The translations under genes were made by a program, and so were the position numbers. Under the pieces are notes generated by a model. The model was given only the letters and a program-made list of their open reading frames with translations. It had not been told where the DNA came from and did no database searches. Below are positions 1 through 15,260 of a stretch of 64,000 nucleotides of DNA, in pieces; position 1 is the first letter of the stretch, and each line of letters starts with the position of its first letter. The stretch lies in the NCBI RefSeq assembly GCF_009914755.1, contig NC_060942.1; one strand, 5' to 3'. The DNA is from the human T2T-CHM13v2.0 reference genome, Homo sapiens.

Positions 1-275
1 TTTTGGAAAGCCAATTTCAATCTGCTTCTTAAATTACAAATCAGAAAAGAATTGGTTTATTTATAGCAGATATATTAACTGTCTCATAGTACTACTGATT
101 ATGCATACATTAAAATTATTTACCTTAACATCCAACATTAAAGAAACTGTCGTTAGTAAAGTCAAACTCAGAAGAAGAAGCAATGAGTACTGCAACAAAA
201 GAATTGCTGGAATGACCCTTTCAATTTTCAAATCTGCAGATTATTCAAGAGCAAGATTTCCACCCAAATGCACTG

Positions 276-401
276 TTAACATTTTAATTCACATACCGAC
301 AATCCAATTTCTGTACATTTTATAATATTCACCTAACATTAACATTTTAATTCACATACTGACTATCCAATTTCTGTAAATTTTATAGTATTCACATTAC
401 A
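276..401. repeat. 63-bp tandem duplication (2 copies)
   Basis: ttaacattttaattcacatac.gac.atccaatttctgta.attttata.tattcac occurs at 276 and again at 339 with a few substitutions. Confidence 0.9.
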
Positions 402-1422
402 TTAATTATTTAAAATGATCAATTTAATTTGTTGCCACTTCCAAGTCTACAATAACATCATTGGTATACTCCATTCCCAAGTGAGACTGTTACAGGAAAA
501 TTGTTTATGTAACGCAGACATCAACTCTCTATTCCTCATATAACTGAATACATTTGGCAAGAATCTGATTCTGTATCCTCTACTAGTTCAAAATTTCCAC
601 CGATGACTGTGAGTTGCTACAGAATACTTCCTTATGTGTCTATCTGCTTCCACACATCTAAATCTTTAAAATTTTCACTGTTTTCGTACTTTGTTCTCTT
701 CAGCTCTTGCTTTCTGTCCTCACGGATTATCAAGGTGTTTTTAACCTTCCAAATGGAAATATATCAGCTATTATTATCACAACATTCCCCCAAAATGCTT
801 CATTTAAGCTTTATGTTATATATATAATCAATTAACAATTAGGGTGTACCTATCCTGTGTTATTATTTGTAAGGAAGGTACTAAGATATTTGTTATCATT
901 TAATATTTCAACATGTCAAGGTTACTGTTCAGAGGTAAGAACCATCTGTTGCTGCACAATGGACAAGCTCAAGCCAAGAGGAAGACACCAATGCATGCAG
1001 CACAGTTTCTATCCAGCCTGGCTCATAGTCTATCTCTGTTCCCGAGCCCATATTACAGCAGTTGCCCAACTATTCGATCATCTCAATCCTTAGGTGATAT
1101 TCTCAATTGTAACAGTTCTTTCCATCATGAGAAAAATAATGATTTTATGCGGAAATCATCGGTAAATGTATCGGTAAATACAAGCTCAACATCCCCAACT
1201 CCTAAACATCCTTCCACTTCTAAGTAATTGCATAGTGCATCTCTGCTTCCTACTTCCTTTATCTCTCTACTTAAAGTGCTCTCCATTCATCTGCAGTCCT
1301 CTGCTCCCTCTTTCTCTTGTACACATTTCTTTTGTCTCTTGCTTAGAACTTTCCCTTAAATGCATTTAAATCCCTAAGGTCAAAGGGTTCAGTGATGATC
1401 ATCCTCAAAAGGCCAAACTCAC

Positions 1423-1457
1423 CTCTGATTGGTAACTACAATTGGGATCATCAAAAT
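1423..1457 (-). ncRNA. candidate 35-nt internal exon of the minus-strand transcript
   Basis: minus strand reads ttctcatctactag|ATTTTGATGA...CAATCAGAG|gtgagt, an acceptor plus a consensus donor; it would be in frame if joined to exon 14228-14364. Confidence 0.3.
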
Positions 1458-1559
1458 CTAGTAGATGAGAACACTTTCTTAGTTCCCTATTTTCTGCAAG
1501 ATCCAGGTCAAACAATTCATCAAGTCCTCCTGAATTTACTTTTACAAACATTATCCTAT

Positions 1560-1793
1560 TTCTTCCTTCCTTTTCAATGCTCCTCTCCATTTATCTCTCT
1601 GGTTCAGGATGTGCTGTCATCTTCTCCTACATTATTTTAGCAGCCTCTTAAATTGGCCCCCTGTGTTGGCCCTGAAACCCTGCCTTTGCACACTCTCATT
1701 GCAGTTAGAAACATTACTCTTAAATGTCATTATCTTGCTTATAAGTCATCAATGGTTGATCAAAGCCTGCAGGAGAATGTCGAACACGCCATA
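1560..1793 (+). mobile_element. L2 fragment (host of the THE1 insertion)
   Basis: degenerate L2 3'-region motifs (cagcctcttaaattgg, gcctgcaggagaatgtc). Confidence 0.45.
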
Positions 1794-2146
1794 TGATATG
1801 GTTTGACTCTGTGTCCCCACCCAAATCTCATCTTGAATTATAATAATCTCCACATGTCAAAGGCAGGACCAGGTGGAGACAATTGAATCATGGGGGCAGT
1901 TTCCCCCATGCTTTTCCTGTGGTAGTGAGTAAGTTCTCACGAGATCTGATGGTTTATAGTGGGCTCTTCCCACTTCTCTCGACACTCATTCTCACTCCAG
2001 CTGCCTGTAAAGAGGTGCCTTCCGCCATGATTGTAACCTGAGGCCTCCCCAACCACGGGGAACTGTGAATCAATTAAACATCTTTCCTTTATAAATTACC
2101 CAGTCTCAGGTATTTCTGCATGTCAGTGTGAGAACAGACTAATGCA
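1794..2146 (+). mobile_element. THE1C/THE1D-type MaLR solo LTR
   Basis: starts tgatatggtttgactctgtgtccccacccaaatctcatcttgaatt and ends gagaacagactaatgca; 5-bp TSD ccata/ccaca. Confidence 0.92.
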
Positions 2147-2304
2147 CCACATGATCCATAACTGGTGGAAGACTTACTCTCGATTTCATTTCTAGAAACA
2201 CTCTGCCGGAAATTTATAACTGCAGTGACACTAATTTTGAAAGTTCTTTTTTTCTTCCACACTTACTTCCTCCTGCCCTTCTTCATGATTTTCCTTCAGT
2301 GTGA

Positions 2305-2599
2305 TTTTTTTTTTTTTGAGATGGAGTTTCGTTCTGTACCCCAGGCTGGAGTGAAGTGGTGCGATTTCGGCTTACTGCAACTTCCACCTCTCAGGTTCAA
2401 GCGATTCTCCTGCTGCAGCCTCTCGAGTAGCTGTGACTACAGGCGCGTGCCACCACACCTGGCTAATTTTTGTATTTTAAGTAGAGATGGGTTTTCACCA
2501 CGTTGGCCAGGCTGGTCTCGAATTCCTGACCTCAGGTGATCCACCCGCCTCAGCCTCCCAAAGTGCTGGGATTACAAGTGTGAGCCTCCACACCTGGCT
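2305..2599 (-). mobile_element. AluS element
   Basis: poly-T followed by gagatggagtttcg...ccaggctggagtg...ctcccaaagtgctgggattaca; full dimer. Confidence 0.97.
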
Positions 2600-3416
2600 G
2601 GAATTTTCATTAAACCCCAATTTCTGACCCACCAAACTCATTCCTCAACTAACTATTCTCATTGATTTAATCATCAGCTCTGACACTGTATCCTTCAGAA
2701 AAATGGTATTACTAGACCAGAGTAAAAAGCCACATCCCCAAAGAGGTAGCAACATGACCCATGAAGGGTACTTCAATATTTGCTTTTACCATATTTAATG
2801 ACAAACATCTAACATCTCTGACTCTAGTACTTGGCTGAAGGACCCACTTCCAAGTTAACTTTCTAACTAATGTGTCTAGTAGAGTCATGATATGTAAAAT
2901 TTCCATACTACAATTTGTTTTTGAAATATTGTAATGTAATCTATGTAATTGGCTTCTGAACATTTATTTAAAACTTCTAATTATTTTAACTTTTACCTAT
3001 ATACTGCTTGTTGAAGGTGATTATTTCTTAAATTACACATAGCTGAAATTAATATTTCTACTGATACTTACCTTTGGTCTCTGAATTTGCCAATCAATTA
3101 AAAAACTTGGCACATATCTGATGAGCAGGGAATAGTTTAACAAAGAAGAGATCGAATTTGGATTGTTATTATCTGAAAAATTAATGAGTTAGTAAATGAA
3201 GAGAAAGTATAGCCAGGATTGTGAGATAATTTAAAAGACTGAAGACTTTCCAGGGTCCTGCTAGGTGAAGTGGTGAAATACATGTATAAGCAAGAAAGAA
3301 CCAATCAGGTAGGAGGACAAAAGAGGGAGATGGAAGTATGGAGAAGAATAAGGTTCGAGAATTCAGAATATCAGAATAGGAAATACAAAGACTGAGGAAG
3401 GATTTTTTTTTTTTCA

Positions 3417-4700
3417 TGTTGACAACAGACAACATATATGTCAACAAGACTCACATCAACATGACATAACCACCAGTGTCAACATGACTTATTTGCTTGT
3501 TCCAGGCAAAGTTTACCTGGGAAAGATAAGACTGGAAACGAACAAATAACTTTATTGTTTGCTTCAGGAAATGTTTCCTGATCCATTTGTCAGAGACAAT
3601 AGTTTTCCAACTTAGCCAAGCCATTCTCTGATCAAGACTTGGTTCAGGACCCTCACTTGGCAGTTTTCACCCATCCGGAACAGTACAAAAATTTGCCAAA
3701 TTCTAATTAGTTCCTTAGTTCCTTGCCTTGACAGAGATGCCTTAACCTACTGACTTTTCCCCCCATCTTTAACACTGTAAAAACTGTCAAGGTGTTCTCG
3801 TCTCTAAAAGTAGTAAGTTCTAAAGTTGAGCTTTATTAACCGTTTTTCTAGTGATATGTTAGGGGAGTTGAACAATCTGGTGGTTTCTCCAATATCCACT
3901 CAAGGCCGTCTTGCTTCCCTGGTCTAAGATCTGAAACTTGTAAAGAGTAGGTTCCACTGAGAGGCCCTTTGAGCTTCTGCCTAAGGTCTCTGGCTGTGAT
4001 AATGGGGTAAGTCAGGTACTGGTTCTAAGCTTTTTCTTGATTTCTCGAAAGCTAACTTTACTTTGTCTCCTAGGAATCCCTCGATTAACTGATCAGATTT
4101 GAAATTTGTAATTCTCAGTGGAAACCTGTCTGCTATATATCGATCCTCACCATTATTTTGGAAATCTATGAAAGTGTTTTCATTAGGAAGAAGCAAGAAC
4201 GCAGAGATTGATAAATTTGTTTCTTGATTTGACCCCAGGGGTGGAAGAGTTCAGAAATTTCTCCTTCCACTAGCATCCTTCTGACAAATTCTATTTCAGG
4301 CCAATTATTAACATGTCATGTGAGCTTTTATTTTGTTGATGAGAGTCTGGCACTGCAACAAATCTCTTTCCTAAACTTCTCTTTTGCCAGGAGTCATAGG
4401 CAGACTGGGGCCCAAAGCACAAGACCAAAAGCAAAGCTTTCCAATGGACGTTGCTGGACTCATGAGTTTTTATCAGTGGACACCAAAGTTCATGCATCTT
4501 CTATCCCAGACCCTTGCTCTTGATACAGTATACATATTTATACTGTAATTCCAGATGACAATCTGCCACGTTGGGTAACCTTTGATAACAACAAATGTTC
4601 ATTCGAGAGGATACTTAGTACAGAAAGAAAATTAAATTCCCAACCTTCAATGGTCTTCAAAGCTAAAATCCTCTAAATCTCAATTCCTTCATAAACTTAA
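3417..4700 (+). mobile_element. old ERV1-class LTR (3417-3874) with adjacent leader and degenerate gag start
   Basis: TG..CA termini tgttgac...gttgaaca, followed by a PBS-like tctggtgg; ctgccacgttgggtaacctttgat at ~4563 translates LPRWVTFD, resembling the gammaretroviral-like MA motif WPxxGTFD; right boundary approximate. Confidence 0.5.
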
Positions 4701-4989
4701 ATCCCTTTAAGAACAAAGCAAGATCCTCAAGATTAGTTGTAAGCTCTGGTTCCCTACTAAGCTGAGAGCCATTGTCAAATATTTTACAAATCCTCTACAA
4801 GTTAAACTGAAATACATGGAGTAATTTAAAATAATTCTAGGAGTACACAATACAGGGCTCACAAATCTACCTCAGTTTACTCATACGCTGACAGAAACCT
4901 TCAATGCAACAAAAAGAAAAAAATAAATGAAAAAGAGTGGGAACTTCCATGTAAAAGTGATCATTTTAAATAAAGAATTACCAATGGGA

Positions 4990-5200
4990 CTTGTGTGTTC
5001 ATGTGATTTCCTTAAACGTATTTGTTGCCTTAGGAAAAGCTACTTAAACTTCCTGAACATCAGTTTTCTCATTTGTAAAATGTATGTACTTTATAATGGT
5101 GTTGTGAGTGTTGGATATTAACAAACGTTATCTTCCTTAGAGCAGTGCTATATAAAAGGTAAAATCCTCAATAAATATTCACTGCTTTTTCTACAACTAT
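4990..5200 (+). mobile_element. MIR fragment
   Basis: core acttaaacttcctgaacatcagttttctcatttgtaaaatg; 3' end ctcaataaatattc. Confidence 0.7.
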
Positions 5201-8200
5201 TACCTCCTCTATGAAATCTTCATTGAAGATTACATTTCTTCATGATGCTTTTTAGAAGTAGATTTTTTTTGCATAAATCCAAAGAAAGGTACATGTTTTC
5301 ATTTTTTTGGATGCAGGGTAGAAATACTGATACCTTGTACATAGATAAACCATTCAAACTGGGGTGTGGTGGGAAACTCAGAGACATCATTCTTTCTGGA
5401 TTCTTCTGCTTTATTTTCCTTCTTTAATTTTCTCTTCCTGGTTTCATTCATTTTGTGCTTATCTAGTCCTTCTCTTACCAAAAGAACAAATAAACTCATT
5501 CTCCTCTCATGCTTCTTGTCTTCTCTTCCATCTCTACTCTTCTCCACTGTTATATTTAGAAATATCCTTCAGTAGGGAATTTAACTATGTCATTGTATTC
5601 CACATCTTTATGAAGCTGGAAGCACACAGGCTCCACACTGCACAGTGACTAGCCTTGACTAAGTTATTTACCTGAAAATACAGTAAGAATAAATACCACG
5701 TAGAACTGACACGAGAACTAATGGTGACATGTGTAATACTAGACAAATGTGCCCAAGAAATGGTAGTTCTGGAACTAGTTTTTTTCTTAAGGTTGACCCT
5801 AACTTTGCAAATAAATGTTTATCATAATCTCTACTTGAATATCTATTTAGAATTTCAAATACAACACTAATACCTGTTACAAAGTCCATTCCTTTTGCTT
5901 TAATTCTTAAAGAAATGCATCAAGATTTTAGGCATATTTAAGTTCAAGGGCTGGAAATAATTGTATGGTTTTTTGCCCCGTGCCTTCAACCAATTGCCGG
6001 ACATTGCTGGCTCAAACAAACAAACAAACAAACAACAACAAAAACGCAGTGACACTTTATTCTAGTGCCACTATTCTAATTCTTATGCCTTATTATTTTT
6101 TACCTACATTATTTTATTCTACACAGAGCTGCCATATGCATCTCCCAGTAGCGCTTTTCTCATAATATTAACACTCCCTGCTCAATACTCATAAGGAATC
6201 CTTATTGCCTACAGAATAAAGTCTATTTTTTTTTTTTTTGCTATTGCTGATGTGCTGATGGGTACACATCCTACTGCAGTTTAAAAACTTTTTGTCACAT
6301 TTCAAGATCTCTCCAATTGTAACATCTCCCTTTTATTTCACATAGAACAAATGTTTCAGAATTGTGATGATATACAATATATATGTATTGTATATGCCTG
6401 TCATCTGCTCAGTTTGATAGTTCTGTTATAACAGCATGTATAGACAACAGTATAGATACTGTAAGGAGGGGGGGATATGCTTCCTTATCAAACAAGTTTA
6501 TTTGCTCCTGCTATTATCTATCCACTGAGTACAGATACCTGTGTTAATTCCCTCCTGCTGAAGGCATTTATATTTTCAGTCTCTGACATGAAAATTTATT
6601 GGTGGCACACATTTCCTTTATATAAGCTATTTTTGTTCATCGTAATTCAATAGTTGTTTAATGCCTACATGCTTAAATTTAGCATGGTCACAAAATCTAC
6701 CAATGATTTAAATATAAAAGGTGATAATTTGTATTAATCTTTACGTACATCTATTAACAAAAATATGATACAAGCAGAAGCATCAGATTGGAAACAACTA
6801 TTGAAAAGATGAATAAAACAAGTGGATGAAATTGGTCAAAGCAGGCTTGAGTAAAAGTGTATGCTAGAACTAGAAAACCAATCTTAATAAATGAAGCACC
6901 AAAGAAATCCTTTCAGGATAAATTTAAAGGGTAGTTTTTTATATTGAGCATATCAAAATCCAAATATTTCTGGTGGTTCTATTCATATTCAGTATGAAAA
7001 CTCTCCTTCTTTCTGAATATAGACAACACCTCATATTACCTTCTCTATCATGTGCTAAGAAAATAAACTTATCTTTTTGAAGTAAAATTTGCCCTTATTT
7101 CCACAGAAGAAATAACCACTAACTGTATGCCTGAAAATAGCAGCATACTTGAAAAGGTTCAGCAAAATCCTTTACTGCTGTCAAAAACTAGATTTATAAG
7201 CCATATCTAGTGGGTTAACTAGAAGTTAAAAGGATATTAAATTTACCTATATCATACCCCAGAACCTTTGATATAGGAAAGTCATAAAAAGACAAGAATG
7301 AGAGAGAGAGAATGTCCCAGGATTTATTTAATTTATTTTAAGCTGAACTTATTTCTATTTTTAGATTACCTAGAATGTCAGGGTAAGTGCTCAGGTATGA
7401 GTGGGGCAGTTGAGTTGGGTAAATAAAATAAAGGTTAAAACTTAAAAAGACAGTATGTATAGAAAAGTGTGTCACAATAGGATCAGATTCTAGAAATGAA
7501 ATCAGCTGGGTAATATTGGTTTCTTAAGTCCTTGAGGTTACTAGGGTTTTAAAAATAGCTTCTGTCTCCAAAGTTGACACAAAATTCTCTATGCTTTTTA
7601 AACAAACACTTTTACTCAAGCCACAGAATGCAATTTCAGTAAGTGCTGAACTCCATTATTTTGAGATCCCTTAAGAGTTTTACAGCCTCCTGGTATCATC
7701 CCCTTATGCGATGTCTCCACAATCTGTTGCTCACTAAAAAACAATTTATTTTTCACAAACACTTGCTTGAATTTTAAGTAAAATCATTGAATAAGCTACA
7801 CACCTACTTGTATAGTTTCCACTTCCCTGTCATGAAGAAAATAGGTTTATTTACTCCATTAGCAAATCAACAGAGCAGTGATGTGCTTCCAGAATGTGTT
7901 GGGCTCAGTGAATTTCATCTGTATCCACTTGGTGTTTGTTATGGTGAGAGAGAGTTGAAAACAGTGGAGCCTGTAAGTACTTTTAATTTCACATGTGGCC
8001 TAATGAAGCATGTTAATCAAACTCCACCAAATAAAATATATCTCACGAACCTGTATGGAGATTTAAAAAATGCTTAGGGGTAATTTGCAAAATGGTCGTT
8101 AAAATTAAAACATTGTTTATGATAACAATTATAAAGTATATTGACAGTTTATTGTTACATTTTCAATTAAAGATGCACGTTTCAAAATTTGGAGCAATTT

Positions 8201-8245
8201 TACTGATTTGTCGAGGCTTCTATAATAAAAGTGACATTTTGGTGA

Positions 8246-8750
<505 letters not shown>

Positions 8751-10499
8751 GCTTTGTTATCTTTATTTGGTCTTTGCAGTCCAATCTTTCTGATTCCTTG
8801 AAACAGGTGCGTCTGGATGAGTAATTAGATATACTCTTGTTCCAAACAAAAAGCATCCTAATCGATCAGTTTATTTATTCGTTCCTTTATTGGATATTGA
8901 ACACCAACTATGTGCCATTACTTTGACAGAAGCTGATAATACAAACCTAAAATTAAATGCACTTTTGGCTTTCTATTGCACATGTTCTAATAGGGAAGGA
9001 CAATTAAGTTACAGTGAATAAAAACGTAGTACACTGGGTAGTATAATATATAAGTGGCCAGAGTGATGAGAATTAGAGGCAAAGGAGCTTGCATTTATTG
9101 TATTTATCAAGTTCCTCCTTGATAAGATAAACTTATGATTCTTCATGTAAAAAGACATGTATTTAAATAGTGAAGGAGCGAAATTGTTGACATACATTTT
9201 AAAATGTGAAAAGTTAAAATCAATTCAAAACATTTTGAGTTTGCGAAAGTATAGAACTAATGGGGCAATTAAGGGCCAAAAATATCAAAATAGCAATGAA
9301 CAAATAACCATCACAGTTATTTTTTAAAAGTTTAATTAAATACAAGTAGAAGAAATGTCCTTAAATGATGTAATTTCTTAATAAATCCAATAAAATGCCA
9401 TATATTTCCTTTTTTAAAAAATGTTTTAACAGTCCTACTCCTTAGTTTTTAAATAAGTTGACTTGTTTTCCAAGGTATTAACTATAGACTGTCAGCTTCT
9501 GGGTTAGTGGATAAAAAATTGATTTTTATTTGTAAAAGTTAATTTCAAGTTAATCTATTTGGCAAGAAATGAGAAATAATGACAGGTGTCCATAAGCTAC
9601 TTAACCATATCTAGAAAAATGTTTGACTTTTTTGTTCTATAGCACTGTTGGTGGTGGTGGTGGTGGTAGCGGTAATTTTGGAAGGAAGGAAATGTAATTA
9701 CAATTTAAAGAGAGAGGATGAGTGGGATTTTTGATTTAACCAGTCTGAATTTTATTATCTGTTCAGAATTTCTTGCTACAAAACTTAACATTTAAGATAT
9801 TAATATATTATTAATAGATTATATTAATATCATGAGTAACATAGTCTATATATCACATTAAGTTTAACTAATGTCAAATTTGACCCATGGAAACAACAAT
9901 TAAGGACATTATAATTATAAGCTATCTTACGTTTTTCCTAACGTATTTATCAACAAGGTAAGAAGTGATCTAGTTGTAGACTGGTAAAAATCAAACCCAA
10001 GCCCCATAAGAAATCTCATAAATTATTTTTCTGGGAAACTTAAATTTATATAATATTTCAAAAAAAATTAAGTAGCTTTTCTAATAAGGTGAAACATGAA
10101 ATTATGCCCAGAAAGCCAATAAACGTAGGCAGTTTAAAAAGTACAGTGGCCCATCATTGAGAGTGGTCCTTGAATCAGGTCAAAAAAGAGGCAAAATGTC
10201 TGTGAAGTTACTTTAATTTTATTCGAGTGTTTAATGAGACATATGCTCTCAAGGTATGTCACTGAGATCCTATCAGAAATGGGCTAGAACTGACCATATC
10301 CAAGATAGCTGATTTTGGCTGCAAAGATAGGATCTGATTGGCAATCAATGTGTGCTTCCAGAGACTAATTTAGCAAATTAATTTCTTGAAATGACAGTAA
10401 TGTGGAATCTAATTTATTATACCAAACAGTACGATTTAAGGTAGAAAATCACAATATTCAACACACTTATTTCCAACATGTGTTTTTAAAATAACAACT

Positions 10500-10814
<315 letters not shown>

Positions 10815-11020
10815 AAAATAACAACTATTAGGTACTCTATTTTATATTTTACTCTTACTATTTTATACTTCTATTATTTTTGTTTCCTTATTTTTAAAAT
10901 CTATTTACACTTAGCATCTTTGCTTATTCTTCCTATTTGCATGTCAGTCTTTTATCAAGATAATGTTTGCTCATCTGAAATAATTCTTTTATATTTATTT
11001 ATCATAAGTGCCATCAGATT

Positions 11021-11318
11021 TGTTTTGTTTTGTTTTGTTCTTGGGTCTCACTCTGTCGCCCAGGCTGGAGTGTAGTGGCAGGATCTTGGCTCACTGCAAC
11101 CTTCACCTCCTGTTCTCAAGCGATTCTCATGCCTCAGCCTCCTGAGTAGCTGAGATAACTGGCATCCACTGCCATGCCCGGCTAATTTTTGTATTTTTAG
11201 TGGAGACGAGGTCTTGCTGTGTTGCCTAGGTTCATCTCAAACTCCTGAGCTTTAGTGATCTCTCTGCCTTGGCCTCCCAAAGTGCTGGGATTACAGGTGT
11301 GAGCCACTGTGCCCGGCC
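11021..11318 (-). mobile_element. AluJ-like
   Basis: diverged full dimer with (TTTTG)n tail, gaggtcttgctgtgttgcc and ctcctgagct; TSD agattt. Confidence 0.93.
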
Positions 11319-11344
11319 AGATTTTTTTTTTTTTTAACATAAAA

Positions 11345-11850
11345 ACTTTTATTTTGTCTTTTTTGATAGAATAGTTTCACTCTGGACATTTATCCTCAGT
11401 ACATTGAGGATCATATCGCACTGTCTTGGCTTCCACTGTTGCCATTGAAAATCAGCCTGTAAGTCTAACTGCATTTTTTATTTCAATATAGATACTGGGC
11501 TCTGTGCTCTTCAGTGGCTTTGGACATTTCTGTTTGTCTTAGATGTTTAACAGTTTCACTGTGATTTGTACAAATGTGGATTTCTTTATATTTAATCTGT
11601 TGGGGCTCCTTGGCATTAACAAATTTGAGCTTTTGTGTCTTTGAACAATTCCAAATTTTTAACCATTATAGCAGCAAGTATTTCCTCTTCCCCATTTTCT
11701 CGACTGTATCGGTATGAAACACTGGCTAAATCGATATTTAGACTTTCTGCTTTTTTATATTTATCATTTAATGTTTCATTCAAAGTTTCTTCTCTTTATC
11801 TCTGTATTGCATTCAGGAAAATTACTTTACTTATATTTCTGTTCTATTTC
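11345..11850 (-). mobile_element. old L1M (L1ME-like) fragment
   Basis: antisense L1 motifs ggcttccactgttgccattgaaaatcag, cagtttcactgtgat, ccattatagcagcaagtatttcctcttcccc. Confidence 0.6.
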
Positions 11851-14227
11851 TAATGCATATAACATTTGGATAATAAGAGTGCATCCTGGATAGATATTTA
11901 AAACGAAAGTGATGGAAATAAGTTCATTAGCTGCCATGGCATCGTGGCTTGCCAGTTACTTCTCCTTCTTCAGTTTTGAGCCGTTCTTTGCCATTTCTTT
12001 AAGATATATATTTTGCATATTATTATATTTCATAAAATATTGAAATAATCAAAATTATCTAAACGAAGTTATGATTGGATCATGATCTTTGTACAATCTC
12101 AGTTTTTCACTCTTAAGAAAGGGGCCATGATGCTTTTCCTATATTGCCCGTTTGTTACATTTTCCACTCGGTGGCCGGAGGCATTATTATGGAAATAGTG
12201 TCAAGAAGTAGCGGATCTATCCCAATGTCCTGGATTTGAACATAATAGTTATGAGTTTCCATCATATCTGCTTACTGTCTGAAACATTTATGAGTGCATT
12301 TAACTCATGCAACAAAAAGTTGACTCTTGAAGTTTAAATAAACATTGGTTTTCTCACATAATCAGTCTGAAGATAGTTTTTTTAGGAACAATAAGGTGTC
12401 TCCTCCTCAATGTCCTTATGGCCCCAGGCCCCTTCTATCATTTTGCTTTGCTGTTCTTAATATATGAATTTAATGACTGTGTGGACATTGTGAGCTATTT
12501 GCAATGTCCCCTGTCCCATATACACAGCACAGACAGGCATAGATAAAAGAGAAACAAGCAGTAGGTAAAGTAAATATAAAGGACAATTTATTCGACATTA
12601 CTTTGTTGTTGGTGAAACAGACCTGTGTATAAAGGATTATTACTTTTGTTTTAATGTTACTCAGCACTAGGATTCTTTATTTACAAATGCATATATAGAA
12701 AAAGAAAAAATGTATTTAAACACCTTACTAAAAGGTTTAGATGTTGAGAATTAATTCTCAAACAAAATGATGTAAGTGCATTTTATTCCCATTTTTCCCT
12801 TTGCAGAAGCCACATGAAGTGATGTCTAAGTTCTGTTATTTGAGTATGTAAAAGGATTTAGTAATGTCTGAAGAATGATGAGAAAATAAATTATTGCACA
12901 ATTGCAATTATGAGCATGCTCAGGAAAATACATAAGAAGCCGTTTTTTCAAGTCTTTCAAGTCTTTCTTATTAATGTTAAAACTATTTTCAGTGTGCTCT
13001 TCACATGGATTTAAAACCTATTGTTCAGATTAACAAAATAATACAACTCACCCTTATTAAGGTATTGTCATGACTACAGGTTTGCAATCATCTTATACAC
13101 TTTGTCTTACAGAGGGAAGGATGATGTAAGGTTTCTTTTTAAGAATAGACCTCAGCTGTTGAAATGAATAAATATAACTGCAAAATATGAACATTTGCAC
13201 AGCCTATCTCAATCATGAATCGGATGTCACAGATACAATGTTCAGTCCAGAGGCACATGAGGTTCTTTTTGAAAAATAAGTACTTTTCTACGTGACAGCC
13301 AAGTACACAGTAAATTTGTAGTCATTTCCAATCTCCTTAAAATCAGAGAATATACATTTTGAGAATTTCGTGGCATGCTTTTAATATGGTTTACTATTTT
13401 AAATAGTACATCAGTATTTTCTTAAGTGATAACACCTATCTCAACTGGTTTCTGCTTCCCTATGTGCCCATCAAAGAGTATCTTTACAAAGATGAAACTG
13501 TTTCTCTTATTGTGAGAAACATGACTTTAGCAGAATTAAAGCATCTCCCAAGAAATATTTCAGGCATGGGATATTTTTCCTGAAGTCAGCAATATACAAA
13601 TCTACATGAGTAATTTATATGTTATGTACTATCTATATTTTTTATCAGATATGATGGAAATACATTGTTTCTAAGGTTTCAAGTACCACACCTACTGTTC
13701 ATGTTGTCTGAAAATAAACATTACTAGTGCTGCTTATGTGATTCTTAATAATAATATCTGCAAAATTACTGCTTGGTGAAGTATTAAAACGTCATATATC
13801 TTAAGGTAAATATTGAAACATAAATGTTTTTCTGCGTATCGTGTAACTCACTTCACACACCATACCATAGGAAAACATTCCATGCTTGGCCAACAATGCC
13901 TTACAAACCCAAGAATCTCAGCAAAATATCATTCATTATGTAAAAGATCATGTGCTTTTTCCTGAAATGCATATGATCATGTTAATTTGCACAAGGTTTT
14001 TTCAAGTAATTAAGCTTGTTAATTTTAACAATCTTTGGGATTATTCAGGAACTCTCTATCTACACCAGCAATGGAACAGTTATTATTATCGTTCATATCC
14101 GAATGAATATTCAGCTGGCAGTGTATTTTGTTCATATGATGCTTAATTATGAGTTTCGATTTTGAATATGTGGCCCTTGAAAGAAACAGTCAGAATCGGT
14201 GGGACTTGCAGCAAATGTTGAACTCAC

Positions 14228-14364
14228 CATGCCAGACACAAGCGGCAGCTCCACAAGCGGGGGTGTTGCATCCTCTACCATTTGCATGTGCAATCTGGAC
14301 CAAGGTTAGAAAGCTAATTAAAATCTCTCCTGGGGCCATGCAGCAGAGGAAAATGGAGGCATAA
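14228..14364 (-). ncRNA. LINC00158: 137-nt internal exon of a minus-strand spliced lncRNA (tentatively LINC00158/C21orf42)
   Basis: minus strand ccatttttctcttttctctag|TTATGCC...GGCATG|gtgagtt gives a strong acceptor and consensus donor in unique, CpG-containing sequence; the peptide MAPGEILISFLTLVQIAHANGRGCNTPACGAAACVWH matches my unverified recollection of the putative C21orf42 ORF. Confidence 0.55.
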
Positions 14365-15260
14365 CTAGAGAAAAGAGAAAAATGGCAACATTTTAAAAAA
14401 AGATAAAAATTTCCATCCCTGTCTGTCACACAACAACAGGCAGAAGGAAAGGAAATATGCTTGTTACCAAAATTCACTGAAAATTATAAGATGATGTTAA
14501 CAGCCAAGATGCAAAGAACAATAAACATAGTCCCCAGAACAAACACAGATGTGTTCTATAATTTCCTGTCAGGTTGATGGACACAGGAGATAGAAGTGCA
14601 TTAAGTGATTGTAGGGAAAGAAGTCTTGACTCTCAATATGAGGAAAAGACAGAAGGGAAAACTGGGCCTAACCTATTTTGGCTGATATTTTGGGATATCT
14701 TAATATCACATAATTATCAAACACAATGCCTCAATCAAGTCACAGTGATTTTTCTCTAGTATATCTTTTCCATTTGCTATTTTCCCACATTATAATCGTA
14801 AGGAAAAATTGTAGTGATGTGTTACATTCTAAAATGCAATTACATCAATTTAATAATTATTCAAATATTCTACTACATACTTCAAGTTTCATGATAGAGG
14901 TTTTTATGTGTATATGTAGCATAATTCCTGACTGCAATTATTTCTCCATTTTAAAAACATATTTCTCTGCTGATTACAGTTGTTCCCAATCCCCATAATG
15001 CTTTCACAGCAATACCTGGACGAATATTATGTGTATTCATAATTTTGCTTCATCATTCAAGACTGATTGATATAAAGCTCAGTGTATTTCATGTATAGTT
15101 AGGGACAGGTGCACCTCAGTGCAGATGGTTGCATTGACTGAACATTTCAATTTAAGTCACATTATCATTCTACATGTACAGGCAGTACTGGCTCACTCTC
15201 CATAGAACTCATTTCTGTTTTTGCACAGCACGCAACTTGAATTTACCTTTCCCAGCTTTC

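Noticed and set aside
5640-5700. Minus-strand acceptor-like ttcttactgtattttcag at 5672
   Set aside because: No matching donor or independent support, so it is not called as an exon
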